Shown: positions 7,051 through 10,356 of the stretch, piece by piece
Layout of the letters: every line of letters starts with the position of its first letter
How positions within the stretch are numbered: position 1 is the first letter of the stretch
Source of the DNA: Candidatus Iainarchaeum sp.
Lineage (GTDB): Archaea > Iainarchaeota > Iainarchaeia > Iainarchaeales > Iainarchaeaceae
Direction of reading: 5' to 3'
Assembly: GCA_038895675.1 (NCBI GenBank)
Contig: JAWANB010000032.1
Span: forward strand, 1-10,356
Length of the DNA stretch: 10,356 nt
The notes under the pieces: generated by a model
What the model saw: the letters and a program-made list of their open reading frames with translations, nothing else
The model's database searches: none
Told to the model about the DNA's origin: nothing
Position numbers and translations under genes: made by a program

Positions 7051-8048
7051 TTTTTGTGTTTTCTTACTATTATTCCTGCTTGTTTAAGCATTTCTAAGGC
7101 GTTTTCAGCTAATGGGTATTCTGCATTGTAAACTACTTCTTTTATTCCTGCGTTGATTATCATTTTACTACAATTCAAGCATGGGTTGTAGGTAGTGTAT
7201 ATTGTTGCTCCTTTGGTAGAAATTCCATGATAGGCTGCTTGTACTATTGCGTTTTCTTCTGCGTGAGAGCACCAGCATTCATCAAGCTTTGTACCGCTTT
7301 GAGCAAAAGAGTTGCATCTTTTGCAGCCTCCTTCATTGCAGTTTTTTACTCCTCTTGGCGTTCCGTTGTAGCCTGTTGAAACTATTCTTTTTTCGCTTAC
7401 TATTACTGCTCCTATTTTTCTTTTTATGCAGTTTGATCTTGTTGCAACTTCTTTAGCTATGTTCATAAAGTATTCGTCCCACGTTGGTCTTGCTAAATCT
7501 ACTGGGGAATTTAGTAAGGCAGAATCAACTTTTTCAAAGAGTTCTGCTATTGATGAATCATTTTCAATTATAATGTCTGCCATTTTTTCGCATTCTTCCA
7601 AGTTTTGCGAGTTGCTTTCTTTAGAACTTGATTCCGTCATTTCAAATTGTTTGAATTCTTCAAAAGTTTTTGGGTCTCCTTCTCTTTTTCTTTTTATTAT
7701 TCTTTCAAACCTGTTTTGTTCTTTGGCTTTTATATTCCAAAGCCTAAAGTTTTTTTCTTTTTTAAACTCTTTTATTTCGTCAGGATTTCTTAAAGAGTCA
7801 ATAACGTAGTTTCTATCTTTGCCAATTTTGCTCAAAACTATTTTTGCTAAGTATCCGTTGCCATAATTTTTTCTTAATTCGTTTCCTTCTTTTATCATGT
7901 TTTCTCTTGTTTGTTCTATGCCTTTTTTTTTCATTATTTCTCTTAATTCGTCTGAAAGTGAAAGGCTTACAAAGCCTTTTGTTTTTAGGTAATCGCAAAT
8001 AGTTGTTTTTCCTGCGCAATACTTTCCTGTGATTCCTATGATTAGCAT
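7047..8048 (-). CDS. P-loop nucleotide-kinase-like domain fused to dCMP deaminase
   Basis: N-terminal Walker A IIGITGKYCAGKTT with dephospho-CoA/NMP-kinase-like motifs (SLSDELRE, VIDSLRNPDE, ADIIIENDS). C-terminal RPTWDEYFM, GYNGTPRG, HAEENAI and PCLNC zinc motifs of dCMP deaminase. Confidence 0.92.
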   Translation of the reverse strand: MLIIGITGKYCAGKTTICDYLKTKGFVSLSLSDELREIMKKKGIEQTRENMIKEGNELRKNYGNGYLAKIVLSKIGKDRNYVIDSLRNPDEIKEFKKEKNFRLWNIKAKEQNRFERIIKRKREGDPKTFEEFKQFEMTESSSKESNSQNLEECEKMADIIIENDSSIAELFEKVDSALLNSPVDLARPTWDEYFMNIAKEVATRSNCIKRKIGAVIVSEKRIVSTGYNGTPRGVKNCNEGGCKRCNSFAQSGTKLDECWCSHAEENAIVQAAYHGISTKGATIYTTYNPCLNCSKMIINAGIKEVVYNAEYPLAENALEMLKQAGIIVRKHKN

Positions 8049-8155
8049 ACCTAAACTTTTTGCAAAATATTTATAATAAAATTTATGTTTTTTTTAGGCT
8101 TTTTTTTTATTAGCAGTCTTTTTTCCTTATTTTTTGGCTTGTTTTTAAATTATTT

Positions 8156-9670
8156 CTAAAGTTTTTTGTTTTCCTTGTTAGTCGTGTTGTGTTTTGTTTT
8201 TTCAAATTCTTTTGTTAGTAAAAGCAGTGACTTTAAAGTTTTTCGCAATGGTATTGCGGCGAAAAAAGTGAATATTAGTACTGCTGTTATTTCTCTACTA
8301 TTCGTTATAGGTATGCCTAATGAAGGAATTTTTTCGTATAGTATAATAGTTATTTTTGCAAAGCAAATCACTACAATTAAGTTTATTATGAAGTCTTGCA
8401 GGTTCTTTATTGTACTAGTTTTTTCAATGACTATTTTTTTTCCTAAGTCAGGTTCTTTTACTTGAGGTAGAACTGCAAAAATTTTTTTGTGTATGTTTCT
8501 GAACTTGTATAGAGGTTGGAATATTAATAATGTTACTATTATTAAAAGAAAAGCCAATGGTCCTATAATGCTTTTTTCTGCAGTGCTAAGTATTCCTGCT
8601 GTTACAGTTGCTATTATTACTACAAATTCTCCTAACGGAGAAAGTAGAATTGCCATTAATGATGAGTCGTCTTCTGTAAGGTTAAATACTTTGCCTAAGA
8701 CTCTTGCTGAAATAGAGTGTGCTAAAATAGCTAAGCTTGACAACCCAATTGCTAGCACTATTATGTAAATTAGTTTGTTTAATTCAGGTATAACCACTTT
8801 ACCTATTTCAGTGTCAAAAAATAATGTTGTTCCAAAACCAACAAAGAAAAAGACTAAGAAAAAGTCTCTTAAAAAACCAACGTCTTTTTTTATTTTGTTT
8901 CCTGACTCGGTTTCGCTCAAAGCAAAACCTGCAAAGTATGCTCCTATTGTACTTGACAACCCAATTAGGTTTGCCAATGTTGCTGTTATTAGTCCTACTC
9001 CCAAAGCATACAGAGTCATTTCTGTGTGCGAAAAATCATTATTCTTGAGCCATTCTTCAACGATTCTTGATAAGTGATAAATAGCATAAAAAGAAGCCAC
9101 TGCAAAAACAATTGCTGTTATAACTAAATCTATTACAGAACTACTTTTGGAAGAAAAGCTAGTGACAAAAACCAGTAATAGTATGCCTAAAAAGTCTTGC
9201 AGAATTAGAATTGATATTGACGTTTTTGCGGCTCTATTTTCTATCAGGTTATTGTTGAGAATAAATTTTGCTACTATTGCAGTACTAGTGCAAAATAGCA
9301 TTATTCCTACTATTATGGCGAACATTAAGTCATAGCCAAGCAAAAGCATTACAGAAACACCAAGGCCAGTAGTCAAAATCATGTCTACTAAAGCCAAACC
9401 AATTATTGAAAAACCAGAAGCAAGAAACTCTTTAATTGAAAGCTCTATACCCAAATAAAATAGCAAGACAAAAAGCCCAAGTTCGGCAAACCCAATAACT
9501 AGTTCATCAGTAGGCTTCAGAAAACCAAGCCCAAAAGGCCCAAGCAAAAAACCAGCAATAATAAAGCCAATTACTTCGTTTTGCCCGAGCTTTTTTACAA
9601 AAATACTGAAAATTATGGAAATAATAATTATTATACCAATGGTTGTCAAAGGCAAAGTTTCAGAAACCAT
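8156..9670 (-). CDS. Cation:proton antiporter (CPA2/Kef-like)
   Basis: Multiple TM segments with CPA2 motifs GFIIAGFLLGP, AELGLFVLLFYLGIE, TSTAIVAK, LILQD, GAYFAG, RDFFLVFFFVGFG and LSPLGEF. Confidence 0.9.
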   Translation of the reverse strand: MVSETLPLTTIGIIIIISIIFSIFVKKLGQNEVIGFIIAGFLLGPFGLGFLKPTDELVIGFAELGLFVLLFYLGIELSIKEFLASGFSIIGLALVDMILTTGLGVSVMLLLGYDLMFAIIVGIMLFCTSTAIVAKFILNNNLIENRAAKTSISILILQDFLGILLLVFVTSFSSKSSSVIDLVITAIVFAVASFYAIYHLSRIVEEWLKNNDFSHTEMTLYALGVGLITATLANLIGLSSTIGAYFAGFALSETESGNKIKKDVGFLRDFFLVFFFVGFGTTLFFDTEIGKVVIPELNKLIYIIVLAIGLSSLAILAHSISARVLGKVFNLTEDDSSLMAILLSPLGEFVVIIATVTAGILSTAEKSIIGPLAFLLIIVTLLIFQPLYKFRNIHKKIFAVLPQVKEPDLGKKIVIEKTSTIKNLQDFIINLIVVICFAKITIILYEKIPSLGIPITNSREITAVLIFTFFAAIPLRKTLKSLLLLTKEFEKTKHNTTNKENKKL

Positions 9671-9731
9671 ACTCTAAAACTACTCATCTCAAAAATAAAA
9701 AAGTACTTTTCTTACTAATTCATCATTTAGT

Positions 9732-10356
9732 TTAATCTTCTACAGGAACGCAAGGCTGTGAGCAACAAAGCCCGTTTTCATAAGAGTCAATTGTTTCGCC
9801 ATAGCACGTTTCGTTAGAAATGCAAAGGTATCCTCCTAAAGCAGAACAACTTTCTAATTGCATTAATTCTTCTTCAGGCGGAGAAAGCCTTCTACCTTGT
9901 TCGTTGGATTGTTTTTTTTCACAAGAACCAACACAACAATTAGAAGTGTCAAGAGTAGAAATAACTTCTCCTTTACAAGTTTCGTCAGCAGAACAAATTT
10001 TTCCATTTAATTCACTGCAAGACTTTTCTTCTTTTTGTTTTACACTATCTTTTTTTACACAAACTTTTTCAAGTTTTAAAGTTTCTATCCCAAACTTATC
10101 AAACAATTGCGAACATTCTGAAGAAACAAATTTTTGTTGAAAAGTATTTACGCAGTCATCATAACTCATTTGTCCAGACTTTTCAGCAAAGTCAACTAAA
10201 TAATAAACTAAAGAAACTTCTTGATTTCTACACTTGGATAATAATTCTTTATCATTACAATACCTTCTAAAGTCAGGATTAGAACCTTTTTCTTCGCACA
10301 CTTTATCTATTCTCGTTTCAATTTCTTTAGCTACTTCTCTATACTTTAACACTTCA
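9732..10356 (-). CDS. Hypothetical Cys-rich, probably extracytoplasmic protein, 5'-partial
   Basis: Frame is open to the window edge (GAA GTG TTA...). Two 33-aa six-cysteine repeats near the C-terminus. Stop TAA at 9734-9732. Confidence 0.75.
   Translation of the reverse strand, partial: EVLKYREVAKEIETRIDKVCEEKGSNPDFRRYCNDKELLSKCRNQEVSLVYYLVDFAEKSGQMSYDDCVNTFQQKFVSSECSQLFDKFGIETLKLEKVCVKKDSVKQKEEKSCSELNGKICSADETCKGEVISTLDTSNCCVGSCEKKQSNEQGRRLSPPEEELMQLESCSALGGYLCISNETCYGETIDSYENGLCCSQPCVPVED
9750..10019 (-). repeat. Two 99-nt (33-aa) Cys-rich protein repeat units, C-x7-C-x5-C-x12-CC-x3-C
   Basis: CSELNGKICSADETCKGEVISTLDTSNCCVGSC (10019-9921) and CSALGGYLCISNETCYGETIDSYENGLCCSQPC (9848-9750) have identical Cys spacing. 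Confidence 0.75.

Noticed and set aside
38..10140. Short alternative-frame and antisense ORFs in the track (e.g. 38-472, 488-751, 1080-1301, 1847-2149, 3078-3341, 4716-4919, 5450-5674, 7426-7809, 8166-9335 series, 9820-10140)
   Set aside because: All overlap well-supported genes or the tRNA, have shadow-ORF composition and show no recognisable motifs.

Overview
AT-rich archaeal window. The CCA-less tRNA, TATA-like boxes and gene content suggest a DPANN-type genome, but the taxonomy is inference only. Left flank: 5'-partial RsmB/NOP-family m5C RNA methyltransferase, tRNA-Asp(GTC), a TPM-domain protein and LemA. Centre (~2225-6100): a compact defence island. It holds an MjaI-family restriction endonuclease, a beta-class amino-methyltransferase fused to a degenerate thermonuclease (SNase)-like domain, and an orphan CRISPR mini-array (4 x 37-nt repeats, 3 x 39-nt spacers, no cas genes in the window). 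It also holds a type III-like mod pseudogene that runs directly into the array, and a low-GC PD-(D/E)xK-like/DUF5655-like putative nuclease. Right flank: HAD hydrolase, P-loop kinase-dCMP deaminase fusion, CPA2 cation:proton antiporter and a 5'-partial protein with two Cys-rich repeats. Family assignments come from motif recognition by eye; no database searches were run.
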